DNA of 64,000 nucleotides from Candidatus Zixiibacteriota bacterium (GCA_040235515.1 JBECKX010000179.1:1-64000); one strand, 5' to 3'. Counted from the first letter of the stretch, positions 9,938-19,668 are shown. The notes: a model not told the origin generated them from the letters alone. Numbers and translations: made by a program.

Positions 9938-10207
9938 TTGGCACATAAAAAAGGTTTAGGTTCTTCCAAGAACGGCCGCGACTCGAATGGCCAAAGGCGT
10001 GGTGTTAAGGCGTATGGTTCCGAGCTGGTCAGTGCCGGTTCAATCATAGTGCGCCAGTGTGGCACCAAGGTCCTGCCGGGTCTTAACGTCGGTATGGGCA
10101 AGGACAACACGCTGTTTGCGAAGGTCGATGGCAGAGTGGAATTCGCTCGCAAGGGTCGCGACCGCAAGATCGTGCATGTTCAGCCGGTCGAGTTGGCGGT
10201 TAATTAG
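9938..10207 (+). CDS. rpmA: 50S ribosomal protein L27
   Basis: [16 protein letters not shown]...[11 protein letters not shown]...[11 protein letters not shown] start with AGGAGG RBS. Confidence 0.98.
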   Translation: MAHKKGLGSSKNGRDSNGQRRGVKAYGSELVSAGSIIVRQCGTKVLPGLNVGMGKDNTLFAKVDGRVEFARKGRDRKIVHVQPVELAVN

Positions 10208-10250
10208 CCGCAATCCGGCCGCTTCGAGTGAACTTACCAGTTCAATTTTC

Positions 10251-10294
10251 AGCGCAGCATTCGAGTCGAGGCACCAATGCTGCGCTCTTCATTT
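10251..10294 (+). terminator. Probable terminator hairpin after rpmA
   Basis: agcgcagcatt / aatgctgcgct 11-bp stem with a long loop and weak T-rich tail. Confidence 0.45.
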
Positions 10295-10525
10295 ACCCAT
10301 CGAGTTATTCTGATGCTGCCGCACGACTTAGCGCCGAGAGCGATTCCAGCCTGATCAGGAACAGATTGAGCGGGTCAAAATCGGCTTGCCGGGAACCGAT
10401 CTGATACTATATTCTATAAGTTTATGTAAGAATTGCCGCGAAACCGCCTCCAGTGGGTGTGAATTCGCGGTGCCGGAGACGAATGATTCTGTGTTGATGA
10501 TAAAATCAGGAGGTAGAGCCAGCCT

Positions 10526-12349
10526 ATGATGCAGGCAATGCGAAACAACACCACAATAATCATCTGGATCGCCATCGCGGCGTTCATGTTGACGATTATT
10601 CTGGCATGGGGTGCAGATATTACGAGTTCTTCCGGTTCGGGCGGCGCCCCGGTCGGCGTGGTTGGGGAAGTCGATGGACGCGAGATCCCCCAGGAAAACT
10701 TCATGCGCCTGGCCGACTCGTTCATCGAGAGTGAGCGGAGTCAGAATCCGGATAAAGAATTTACGGAAGCGGACTATGTCAAGGCACGCAATCAGGCCTG
10801 GAATGAGTTCGTACGGACTTACATCGAAGAAGCTCAGATGGAGAAGCTTGGTTTGCAGCTCTCCGATCAGGAACTGGTAGACTTCATCCGGCGTTATCCG
10901 CCCCAGGAAGTTCAGCAGGTACCTGATTTTCAGACCGACGGGCAGTTCGACTACCAGAAGTATCAGCAGGCAATGGCTGACCCGCGCTTCAAGCAGTTCT
11001 GGATGCAGGTTGAGTCACTGATGCGTCCGCGCCTGCGCACATTCAAGCTGCAGGAGTATATCGGCGGAATGGCGCATGTCAGCGACGAGGAACTCCAGAA
11101 CCAGTACATGCGCAACAACGAGCGCGTCAAGGTGAAGTATGCACTGGTTCCTTACAACCAGTTCAACCTGCAGGCTGCGAATATGGACTCAGCCCAGGTG
11201 AAGGCATACTATGACAGCCACCAGGACGAATTCCGCGAGGAGAGACAGGCGTACTACTCGATCCTGCGACTTCCCAAGGAGCCGTCCGATGCCGACAACC
11301 AGCGCGCCCTGGCAAGAATCCAACAGATCAAGGCGGAGATCGATGGTGGCATGAGTTTCGAGGATGCCGCCAATGAATATACCGAGGACCAGTCGGGCCG
11401 CGGTAAGGGTGGTGCCCTGGGTTTCTTCACGCGAGGCGCCATGGTGCAGCCGTTTGATTCGGTGGTGTTTGCCATGGAGGACGGTAAGGTATCGGAACCG
11501 GTGAAGACTCGCTTCGGCTATCACCTGATTTACAGAACCGGATTCCGCAAGACCAACGACAAGGAAGAGGTGGAAGCCTCCCACATCCTGATCAAGCCGG
11601 AGATCTCCGAAGCGACCCTCGAGGGCTTAAAGGAGAAAATGGCAGCGGTTAAGGCTGCGAAGACTCCCGAGGAAGTTGAGGAGCTCGCTGCTGAGAATGG
11701 CGTTACGATCGAGAACCAGCGAAAGGTCACCCAGGACGGTGCGATTGCCGGAATCGGCAAGGATGATGACCTCAGCAAGTTCCTCTTCAGTGCGAAGAAG
11801 GGAACGCTTTCAGACGTGCTCGACCGCGGCAACAACCTGTTGATCGTGCGCGCCGATGGCGTACAGGATGCCGGAATTGCCCCGCTGCAGGATGTCCATG
11901 CAATCATCGAGCGCAAGCTGCTGCAGGAGAAGCAACACGAACTGGCTCTGGCCGAAGCGCAGAAGATTTATGATGCGATCCAGGCCGGTAAGAGCTTTGA
12001 GGATGCGGCCAAGAGCGTCAACAGCTCGGTCAGTGAATCAGACTATTTTGCACGCACGGGACGCCTGCCGCGCATGGGTCAGGACCCGGCCTTCATCGGT
12101 ACGGCATTCTCGCTGTCCGATGCCAACAAGTATTCGAAGCCGGTGATCACCAACACGGGTGCGGCGGTGATCATGTATGAGGATAAACTCCCGGCCAGTC
12201 TTGAGGGGTTCACGGCGCAGAAAGACACGTTGAAGCAGCAGATGCTGCAACAGCGCCAGAGTCAGGTCTGGACGCGCTGGTTCAACCAGCAGGTGGATGA
12301 GACCGATATAAAGGATTATCGCGCTCAACTGTTCGGGTCAGAGGGCTAG
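10526..12349 (+). CDS. ppiD: PpiD/SurA-like membrane-anchored parvulin peptidyl-prolyl isomerase
   Basis: N-terminal TM, SurA-N-like region, parvulin motif FEDAANEYTED..GGALGFF..MVQPFDSVVF..VSEPVKTRFGYHLI. Confidence 0.85.
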   Translation: MMQAMRNNTTIIIWIAIAAFMLTIILAWGADITSSSGSGGAPVGVVGEVDGREIPQENFMRLADSFIESERSQNPDKEFTEADYVKARNQAWNEFVRTYIEEAQMEKLGLQLSDQELVDFIRRYPPQEVQQVPDFQTDGQFDYQKYQQAMADPRFKQFWMQVESLMRPRLRTFKLQEYIGGMAHVSDEELQNQYMRNNERVKVKYALVPYNQFNLQAANMDSAQVKAYYDSHQDEFREERQAYYSILRLPKEPSDADNQRALARIQQIKAEIDGGMSFEDAANEYTEDQSGRGKGGALGFFTRGAMVQPFDSVVFAMEDGKVSEPVKTRFGYHLIYRTGFRKTNDKEEVEASHILIKPEISEATLEGLKEKMAAVKAAKTPEEVEELAAENGVTIENQRKVTQDGAIAGIGKDDDLSKFLFSAKKGTLSDVLDRGNNLLIVRADGVQDAGIAPLQDVHAIIERKLLQEKQHELALAEAQKIYDAIQAGKSFEDAAKSVNSSVSESDYFARTGRLPRMGQDPAFIGTAFSLSDANKYSKPVITNTGAAVIMYEDKLPASLEGFTAQKDTLKQQMLQQRQSQVWTRWFNQQVDETDIKDYRAQLFGSEG

Positions 12350-12380
12350 CCCCGCGGGCTGAGAAATCAGAATTTATGAT

Positions 12381-12419
12381 AGAGGCAGGTATCGCGCAGA
12401 TACCTGCCTCTTTTTTTTT
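12381..12419 (+). terminator. Rho-independent terminator
   Basis: agaggcaggtatc-gcgca-gatacctgcctct perfect 13-bp stem followed by a T run. Confidence 0.9.
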
Positions 12420-12433
12420 CAACTGGGCTGAGT

Positions 12434-13057
12434 TCAACGCTGCGATCGGAACTGGATCTCGATGCGGCGATTTAGCCGTCGTCCTGCACGGGTGCGATTC
12501 GATGCTATCGGCTCAGTCTCGCCTTTGCCGATTGAGAAAATTCGGTCTTCACTGATTCCCCGGGAAACCAGGTAGCGTTGGACGGCATCGGCGCGTTCCT
12601 GCGACACGCGCAGGTTGCGTTCATCAATCCCGATGTTGTCCGTGTGCCCGTAGATGATGGCCGTTAAGCTGTCGAAGTAGAGCAGCACTGCGGCGACCGA
12701 GTCGAGTTGAAGCGGGTCGGCATACTTAAGCGTCGTGCCACCGGGTGGAAACAGCCCGGCGAGTACCCTGGTCTGCAGCATCGCCGCCGTGTCAGGACAG
12801 CCGGCGGCATTCACCGGCAACAAGGCTTGAGTAGCCGGACAGAGGTCGAGCGAATCTGGAACGCCATCGAGGTCAGTATCGACCGGGAGAATGGGCTGTC
12901 CTGAAATCGTACTATCGGAGGCCGTTTCGGTAGCGGACGCAGCCCGGGTTGAGTCACTGGTTCCTAGCGAATCGGGATCGGATTGCGCGAAGAGTGCAAG
13001 CTGGCTGAGGCACAGCAGGATCAGGACGGCAGATTGTAAGAACCGAGTTCGCATCAT
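12434..13057 (-). CDS. OmpA-like C-terminal peptidoglycan-binding domain protein with a TSP3-like Ca-binding motif
   Basis: Signal peptide; DTDLDGVPDSLDLCP; GHTDNIG..NLRVSQERADAV..NRRIEI. Confidence 0.88.
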   Translation of the reverse strand: MMRTRFLQSAVLILLCLSQLALFAQSDPDSLGTSDSTRAASATETASDSTISGQPILPVDTDLDGVPDSLDLCPATQALLPVNAAGCPDTAAMLQTRVLAGLFPPGGTTLKYADPLQLDSVAAVLLYFDSLTAIIYGHTDNIGIDERNLRVSQERADAVQRYLVSRGISEDRIFSIGKGETEPIASNRTRAGRRLNRRIEIQFRSQR

Positions 13058-13117
13058 CTGCAGTTTGCGAGTTTGAAGCGTGCGATCAAGAGAATTTTGA
13101 CCTGTGCGGGCGGTGCA

Positions 13118-14389
13118 CTAGTAGAGACGTGTTATCTCGGCGCCGGTGTAGTAGTGGGTAAGAATCTCTCGGTAGGATTGACCGGCCCGTGCCCGTCCGA
13201 TTGCGCCGCACTGGCACATACCGACTCCGTGGCCGTAGCCGTGACCCTCGATGAAGACGCTGTCGACATTACCGAAGGAATCGTTTTCGAGCTCGAGGCG
13301 GAAGTTGGAGGAACGCAGAATTCCGGCGCCGGCGGGCCGGCCGAATGCCCAGCGAATTTCATCTCGTTCGAGAGTGATGGTTCCCGATTCGGTCACGACA
13401 TCGAGCCGCTGAATCCTGCCGCCACCGGAGCGCGATTCGATGGTGAGGTCCTTGAGGATGTTTCCGAGCTTGTTGGTCGAGTGCCCGGTTCGCTTGAGGT
13501 AACCTCTCGTGTTCTCGAGCAGCTTTTTCGCGTCGAAGCGATCCTCCCAGCTATAGTACTTGGACCAGAGGCAGAAGGTATCATCGACCACGCCCTTGAG
13601 GTAGGGTTGTGGTGGTTTCGGCCAGACGTACTCGATCTGATCGGTATAGCCTGCACAGGTTGAATGATAGTAGGCGTCGATCAGCTCACCGGCGTAGGTG
13701 AGCACTTCGCCTCGCGTATCATGCACAGCCATATCGGTGTCGCGCCGCTCACCCTCCCAGCCCTTGTAGACCTGATCGAGGACATCATTGACGAGATCAT
13801 ATTGCTTGTCGGGATATTTGTCGCGCGAGGCAAGAGCGTAGGTCCTTGCCGCCACTGCCTGCGCCTTGACCGCTTCGAACTCATTCGGTTTACGCACGCC
13901 GATTTCCGGCGGAAGCACGCCCCTGAGGTAATCCTCGATGTGGAGCACGTTGACGACATAGAGTTCGCCGCCTGCTTCCGGGTAGACTTCGAGGATGCCT
14001 CGAAATTTCTTCCGGTTCAGATAGAGCCAGGATTTTACTTCCGCTACCGCGATCACCCTGGTGAGTTTCGTTTCAATCAGGTTGTGCTCGGTGTCGGTCA
14101 ACTCGAGGTGTTTTCCGTCACCCCTGATGTTGAGCGGATCGGAGGAGTAGTACACCGATTCCTCATCCTGTTCATTCCAGACATGGAAGATACAGTTCCC
14201 TTTCGCGCCGATTCTGACGTGCGTGGTATCGTGCAGGATTCTGACCCTGATGTGGGGTGTTTTGAGACGAGAATATCCCATCTGCTCGCCGACATAACGC
14301 ATCGTGTCGGCGAAGAGCGGAGAGGATACCATAATCAGCAACAGCGTAATCGTCGTTATTTTGCAGAGCTTCTTTGTCGTGGTGGTCAT
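13118..14389 (-). CDS. SpoIID/LytB domain lytic transglycosylase
   Basis: VNVLHIEDYLRGVLPPEI, EAVKAQAVAARTYA, DQVYKG, YHSTCAG, GYGHGVGMCQCGA, ILTHYYTG. Confidence 0.93.
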   Translation of the reverse strand: MTTTTKKLCKITTITLLLIMVSSPLFADTMRYVGEQMGYSRLKTPHIRVRILHDTTHVRIGAKGNCIFHVWNEQDEESVYYSSDPLNIRGDGKHLELTDTEHNLIETKLTRVIAVAEVKSWLYLNRKKFRGILEVYPEAGGELYVVNVLHIEDYLRGVLPPEIGVRKPNEFEAVKAQAVAARTYALASRDKYPDKQYDLVNDVLDQVYKGWEGERRDTDMAVHDTRGEVLTYAGELIDAYYHSTCAGYTDQIEYVWPKPPQPYLKGVVDDTFCLWSKYYSWEDRFDAKKLLENTRGYLKRTGHSTNKLGNILKDLTIESRSGGGRIQRLDVVTESGTITLERDEIRWAFGRPAGAGILRSSNFRLELENDSFGNVDSVFIEGHGYGHGVGMCQCGAIGRARAGQSYREILTHYYTGAEITRLY

Positions 14390-14410
14390 AAAAGGTATAT
14401 CGGCAGATCC

Positions 14411-15574
14411 CTACGGTTGTGAAATCTTTCCAAGGACAGCGGGGCGTGCCGCGCCGGTAACCGCTGTGAGATTTCCGGGCTCGGAGTCGAGCGCCAGGTT
14501 TGCGAGATAGGCGAAAGCTTCCGCTTCGACAAACTGCGGATCAGAACCGAAGCGAGCGGTGGAAACGACCGAGACGGGTTTGACGAGTTCAGCCAGGGTT
14601 TCACCCAGATGCTTGTTCAGAGCGCCTCCTCCACAGAGCAGAATCGAATCGGGCCACTCAGTTCCAGCCAGTGCAGTGATCGTGTTGCGGATAGTCGTGG
14701 CGGTCAGGAGACTGAGGGTGGCCATGGCGTCCTCCAGAGAAAGGTCCCGCAATTGTTGCTCAACGGCAGGATCGGAGAGAAGCGCGATGATCTCACCACG
14801 ATCATAGCTTCTCGGAATCGGGCGAGTGAACAGGCTTAGGTGCAGCAATTGATCGACCAATTCCGGGGAGGGCGTGCCCTGCGCAGCGGTTTGGCCATCA
14901 CGGTCAAACGGCTTCCCGGTCTGGGTCCGGATAAGGTGATCCAGCAGGCAGTTGCCGGGGCCGCAATCGCTTCCTTGTACCGAACCATCTTTTTGCAGGA
15001 GGGTGGCATTGGCAATCCCGCCGATATTCACCACTGCGCGACAATGACCCAACTCCGAGAAACGGAGTGCGTGGTAAATCGGAGTCAATGGTGCTCCCGC
15101 TCCCGCCACGGCGATATCACCGCTACGGAAATCGGACACGGTAAGCAGACCTGTCCGCTTTGCGATCACATCCGCATCACCGAGCTGGAGTGTGGCATAG
15201 CTTTGCGTCCCCCCCACTTCCTGTACCTCTGATAAGTGGGCAACAGTCTGCCCATGTGATCCGATCAGGTCGATCTTCTCCTTCGTCAACCCATTACTCT
15301 CAATGAACTCTATAACTGAGTCGGCGTAGAAATGTCCAAGTTTGAGCGAGAGGAGCATCAGCTCCCTGAGTTCCACGCTCGCGGCCATCGAGAGAGTGAG
15401 GATCTCGTTGCGCAACGCATCGGGGTAATCGATAGTCGCGGAGGCGAGATTGCGCAGAGTGCGCTCCGAGGTGTTGACGTCGCAGGCGGCAATATCGATA
15501 CCATCGGCGGATGTACCCGACATCATCCCCAGCGTGACGCGCGAAAGCTTCTTTGTGAGACTGCGAAACAGCAA
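14411..15574 (-). CDS. anmK: Anhydro-N-acetylmuramic acid kinase
   Basis: GMMSGTSADGID, IGSHGQTVAH, DFRSGDIAVAGAGAPL, NIGGIAN, DCGPGN, EAEAFAYLA. Confidence 0.95.
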   Translation of the reverse strand: MLFRSLTKKLSRVTLGMMSGTSADGIDIAACDVNTSERTLRNLASATIDYPDALRNEILTLSMAASVELRELMLLSLKLGHFYADSVIEFIESNGLTKEKIDLIGSHGQTVAHLSEVQEVGGTQSYATLQLGDADVIAKRTGLLTVSDFRSGDIAVAGAGAPLTPIYHALRFSELGHCRAVVNIGGIANATLLQKDGSVQGSDCGPGNCLLDHLIRTQTGKPFDRDGQTAAQGTPSPELVDQLLHLSLFTRPIPRSYDRGEIIALLSDPAVEQQLRDLSLEDAMATLSLLTATTIRNTITALAGTEWPDSILLCGGGALNKHLGETLAELVKPVSVVSTARFGSDPQFVEAEAFAYLANLALDSEPGNLTAVTGAARPAVLGKISQP

Positions 15575-15627
15575 AAGTAAGTACCCTGGTTACGTTCCAT
15601 CCATGGTCTGCACGGAGCCAATACGGC

Positions 15628-16638
15628 TCATTGCCCCTGCAATGCAGGCGAGCTTTGCCTGAACGTTTCGACCCGTCGGCAGCGATCGTCCAGCATCCGG
15701 CTGAGAGTATCATCAGTATCAATGCGGCGTACGACTTCATCAACAAGCGCGTCGAGTCCGCCGGAGAGATTGCCATATATTAGCAGGTCACAACCCGCCG
15801 ACAACGATTTTATTGCCGCGCCGGCCGGGTCGGTGCCCTCGAGCGCGCCCAGCATCTGCAAATCGTCGCTGATGACGAGGCCATCGAAATGAAGGTTGCC
15901 ACGCAGCTCTTCGGTAATCAGTTTTCGGCTGAAGGTCGCGATATTATCTGAGTCGAGGTCTGGCGCGAGCAAATGCGTGGGCATCACCAGGTCGCAACGG
16001 GCGGAGATCGCCGACGCAAAAACCGTAAAGTCGCGCTGGCGAAACTCTGAGAGTTTGCGCTCTGAACGCGAGATCAGAAGATGCGGGTCTCCCGTGGCGG
16101 ACGCCAGACCCGGGAAGTGCTTGGCACAGGAGAGGAGGTTAAATTCGCGCAGGATGCTGACCTGTGCTGCGACCGCTTCGGCGCACTCGTGCGGGTCGCT
16201 TGAATACGACCTATCGTAGACGACGTGACCACGCTGGGTTGGCTGCAAGTCGCAAACAGGAACGAGATTGCAGTTGATGCCGCATTGCCGCAGGTGTTGC
16301 GCCGTGACTCTGGTTGTATTGAGCAGGCCCGCGAGATCAGAGCGCGTCCCGAAGTAGCCGGGGGCGGGAAAGGCTGGAAAATCGCCGGCGAAGCGCGTGA
16401 CACGTCCCCCTTCCTGATCCACGGCGATGATGGCATCTTGGCGATCTCTGCAAATCGATTCGGTCAGCGCCGTGAGTTGAGCACGGTCGCGATAATTGCG
16501 GGCAAAGAGGATGATGCCGCCCAGGCCCTGTGTGAGCGCGAGGTGAAACTGTTCGGGAAGGCTGGTGCCCTCGAATCCGACTATCAGCAGTGACAGGAGT
16601 TGTTTTCGGCGTGGATGACTTGAAGCGGCTGTGTTCAT
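15628..16638 (-). CDS. nagZ: Beta-N-acetylhexosaminidase (GH3, NagZ-like)
   Basis: GGIILFARN, IAVDQEGGRVTR, KHFPGLASATGDPH, FDGLVISDDLQM; adjacent to anmK. Confidence 0.88.
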   Translation of the reverse strand: MNTAASSHPRRKQLLSLLIVGFEGTSLPEQFHLALTQGLGGIILFARNYRDRAQLTALTESICRDRQDAIIAVDQEGGRVTRFAGDFPAFPAPGYFGTRSDLAGLLNTTRVTAQHLRQCGINCNLVPVCDLQPTQRGHVVYDRSYSSDPHECAEAVAAQVSILREFNLLSCAKHFPGLASATGDPHLLISRSERKLSEFRQRDFTVFASAISARCDLVMPTHLLAPDLDSDNIATFSRKLITEELRGNLHFDGLVISDDLQMLGALEGTDPAGAAIKSLSAGCDLLIYGNLSGGLDALVDEVVRRIDTDDTLSRMLDDRCRRVETFRQSSPALQGQ

Positions 16639-16640
16639 AG

Positions 16641-18200
16641 CTACACAGCTACTACGGCGTTCTTGCCCTTTCCTTTGGCCAGATACATCGCCTGATCGAC
16701 GAGTTGTACGAGTTGGTCCTCGGAATGGCCATTGTCGGGATAGGTGGTTGTGCCTACCGAGACGGTTGCATGCAGTTCGCCATACTGACTTCCCGCGCCG
16801 AACGTGGTTGTCTCGACCTGTTCACGAATGCGCTCAGCGATGACCTTCGCGTCCGATTGCACGGTCTGCGGCAGGATCACCACGAACTCCTCGCCGCCGT
16901 AACGAGCAACTACATCGGTGTCGCGGATTGTGTGCGAGATTACCTCGGCGACACCCCGCAGAACGATGTTGCCTGCCTCATGTCCGTGAGAGTCATTCAT
17001 TCGTTTGAACCAGTCGATATCCACCATGATGAGTGAGAGCGGCTGGCGATAACGCGCAGCACGCCTGATTTCGTCGTTAAGTCTCTCGGAGAAATATCTG
17101 TAATTGTAGACGCGTGTCAAATCATCAATCACAACCATCTTCTCCAGTTCGGCGTGGAGTCGGCTGTTTTCGTACGCCATAGCAGCGGATGCTGCCAGGA
17201 TCGAGGAGACCTTCTGATCGGTCTCGGTGAAGTAGTTCACCTTGGTTGATTCGGCCAGAAGGACACCGATAACGCGGCCATGCGAGATCATCGGGATCAG
17301 CATGGCACTCTTGGCGTCCTCAATGGTCCGGGCGTAGTTATCCGCCCGTTCCAGGTCGATCAGGCGGCGTGGTTGGCGTTCGGCGATCACCTCACCGATA
17401 ACACCATCCATCGGGATAATCTCGCGGAGCCCTTCCAGCAGTTTGACCCCTTCAACCAGACGCCCCCGCTCATAGAGGTAGGACTGATCGGGCGAACAGA
17501 TCTGAATTGAACAAAGCTCAAAACCGAGGATCGATTCGACGATGCGCAGCACGTCATTGGTAATGCCGCGGTCGTCCAGAATCTCACCGAGGAGGCGGGA
17601 AGCTTCATAGATCGTTCCAACTCGGGTTTGCGAGCGCTCCAGCTCGGTGGTGCTTTCGTTCAGTGAATCGAGCAGTTTGAGCAGTTTTGCCTCTGAGTGC
17701 TTGATATGCCGCGAGACAAGTCCGACGGTTATGGCGAAGAACCAGACGAAACCGATGCGCAGAGCGAGATCGATCAGCGCGATTTCGGTCATCAATGTCG
17801 GCGTGCTGACCAGGTAGATGGTGGTAATCGCGGCGGAAATCCCGAGACAGAAATTGAGATTGAAATAGTAGGCGGAGAACATGATGTTGAGATAATAGAG
17901 CAGAAAGAAGCTCGAGTGCGCTCCGCCGGTATACTCGATCAGATAAGTGACAAAGATGACATCGAAGATCAGAGAGTAGGTGAAGACATCCTGGATGAAG
18001 CTGGGTCGAAAGCGCCAGATCAGGTAGAAGGCGAGGAGATGGGCGATGAAGACGATCATGCCGAATGTCAGTTCGGTCATGACGTTGACAGCTTCCGGTA
18101 CAGTTACAAGCCAGAGGATGACCGCAAGTGCAGTAGCTGCTCTCGAGGCGATGTAGATGTTTTCCAGGCGTGGAAATAGAGAGCGAATGCTTCCGTTCAA
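16641..18200 (-). CDS. Membrane-bound GAF + GGDEF diguanylate cyclase
   Basis: Several N-terminal TM helices, coiled coil, GAF domain, DIDWFKRMND, RDTD I-site five residues before GGEEF; TTG start with AGGA RBS. Confidence 0.92.
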   Translation of the reverse strand: MNGSIRSLFPRLENIYIASRAATALAVILWLVTVPEAVNVMTELTFGMIVFIAHLLAFYLIWRFRPSFIQDVFTYSLIFDVIFVTYLIEYTGGAHSSFFLLYYLNIMFSAYYFNLNFCLGISAAITTIYLVSTPTLMTEIALIDLALRIGFVWFFAITVGLVSRHIKHSEAKLLKLLDSLNESTTELERSQTRVGTIYEASRLLGEILDDRGITNDVLRIVESILGFELCSIQICSPDQSYLYERGRLVEGVKLLEGLREIIPMDGVIGEVIAERQPRRLIDLERADNYARTIEDAKSAMLIPMISHGRVIGVLLAESTKVNYFTETDQKVSSILAASAAMAYENSRLHAELEKMVVIDDLTRVYNYRYFSERLNDEIRRAARYRQPLSLIMVDIDWFKRMNDSHGHEAGNIVLRGVAEVISHTIRDTDVVARYGGEEFVVILPQTVQSDAKVIAERIREQVETTTFGAGSQYGELHATVSVGTTTYPDNGHSEDQLVQLVDQAMYLAKGKGKNAVVAV

Positions 18201-18368
18201 AGGTTTTCCTTGGCTGCCAGTTGAAGTCCTGCCTATAGTTCTACCCTGTCTTTATCGGCAACCGGACTGAATAATCAATCCCATATCTCGCAGGCAGTTA
18301 CAGTTAGAGATTCGGCAGTTTCGAAATGAGACAAACTCCATTTGTATCCTTCCAACCGCTTGTCGCAC

Positions 18369-18404
18369 AAAAAATTCGAGACCCGGAGGGGGATTCCGGG
18401 TCTC
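18369..18404 (-). terminator. Rho-independent terminator of the flagellin-like gene
   Basis: gagacccgga / tccgggtctc 10-bp stem followed on the minus strand by gaatttttt. Confidence 0.75.
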
Positions 18405-18545
18405 TCAGGCAGAAAGCGCATGAGGTGTGTAAGACACCTACAGGGGAGGCTTTTCGCTACAGTACTTTGCGCTCAAGTGCATCTCGCTTAGAGTGCTTTT
18501 CCCTCTCATCCTGCGTCAGGATATTCCACCTGCGCTTCCATAAGA

Positions 18546-19310
18546 TCATGCATGGAGCAGTTGAAACACTGAATCTGACGTCAGGAAGCGCTGGGCGTTT
18601 CCGGCCAGTTCGGCGTTTCGCTGTATCAATGCGGTAGCTTCCTCCGAGATTTCCTCGGCGGAACTCTCGTCGCGCACGCCGGCATCGGCGGCAGCCAGGT
18701 TTTGAGAAGCTACCTCTAATTTCTTCACTGTGGCTTCATAGTCGCTGCGGGAGCGATTACCCACGGCCAGCTGGTGTTCACCCAGTTCCCGCAGGGTACT
18801 GTCGATCTCCAGCATCGCATTGGCGATATCCTCCGGCGAGTCGGTCTCCAGGTCAGGCATCTTGCGAATCTGGAAGAGCTTGGCTGCACCGGTGGAGAAG
18901 AGCTTTTCACCATCAAATTCGGCGGCTGCAAGCTGTTGATTGTAGCCGTTTACCAACTCGGTTACACGGGTCTGGTAAGCACGGCTATCTTCAAGATTAG
19001 CGTCGGGATCAGCGGCGGCATCGGCAACGGCAGATTTGAGTTCCCTTACCGTATGCACCAGTTGCTCCAGGCTGTTTGCAGCGGCCTGATTGCGCTGGAT
19101 TCCAGTCTCGAGTTCACGGATTTGTTCGGTCACGACACCCATTTGAGTACGCATCCGTCTTGACAGCGCCAGATCGGCAGCTGACTTCTCGGCGAATTGC
19201 GCTGAGTCGGGCGAATCGACTCGACGTTTGGTGCGCGAGAGACTGCGATGTATCAGGGATATGTTTCTTACCGTGTTGATTCCGGCGTAGCTTCCCTGTA
19301 TCGTAACCAT
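18546..19310 (-). CDS. Divergent minimal flagellin-like protein
   Basis: N-terminal AADLALSRRMRTQ..GIQRNQAAANSL..VRELKSAVADAA..AEFDGEKLF and C-terminal QNLAAADAGVRD..AEE..VFQLL parallel the flagellin N/C helical domains; AAGGAGG RBS. Confidence 0.72.
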   Translation of the reverse strand: MVTIQGSYAGINTVRNISLIHRSLSRTKRRVDSPDSAQFAEKSAADLALSRRMRTQMGVVTEQIRELETGIQRNQAAANSLEQLVHTVRELKSAVADAAADPDANLEDSRAYQTRVTELVNGYNQQLAAAEFDGEKLFSTGAAKLFQIRKMPDLETDSPEDIANAMLEIDSTLRELGEHQLAVGNRSRSDYEATVKKLEVASQNLAAADAGVRDESSAEEISEEATALIQRNAELAGNAQRFLTSDSVFQLLHA

Positions 19311-19357
19311 TCTGCTAAATCCTCCTTCGCTCCTGCTGAAGCGCTGCCATTTCTATT

Positions 19358-19373
19358 TGCAATAGCTTTGCCG
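19358..19373 (-). promoter_or_regulatory. Sigma54 (-24/-12) promoter of the flagellin-like gene
   Basis: CGGCAAAGCTATTGCA on the minus strand, exact GG-N10-GC spacing, about 47 nt upstream of the ATG. Confidence 0.65.
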
Positions 19374-19652
19374 AGGTGGTGGATTCCGCGACCCGATTTC
19401 TAAGTCGTTAAATCTCAATCAGAAAAAGCGCAGCCAGGGTTGGGCGTGGAAATGAGAGGGAATTTGTTTCAAGCGGAAACTATAGCTCGCTCCCCACAGG
19501 TCATAAGCGCTCAACCATACAGTTGACCAATCGGGTATAGCTGGAGCAGTATGGGAATTCCCCAATAACTATTGAGCAAGATCATCAGATCGTTTGGCAG
19601 TGGTGTTGTCAGCCATGCAAGTAACTCATTGCATGATAATGACTAAAGATCA

Positions 19653-19668
19653 TGGCACGCTTCTTGAG
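19653..19668 (+). promoter_or_regulatory. Sigma54-like promoter (variant -12 box)
   Basis: TGGCACGCTTCTTGAG: perfect -24 box and spacing, GA instead of GC at -12. Confidence 0.45.

Noticed and set aside
16085..16126. NagZ motif variant KHFPGLASATGDPH suggesting an inactive enzyme
   Set aside because: The catalytic Asp-x-His and the nucleophile region SDDLQM are retained; within plausible family variation
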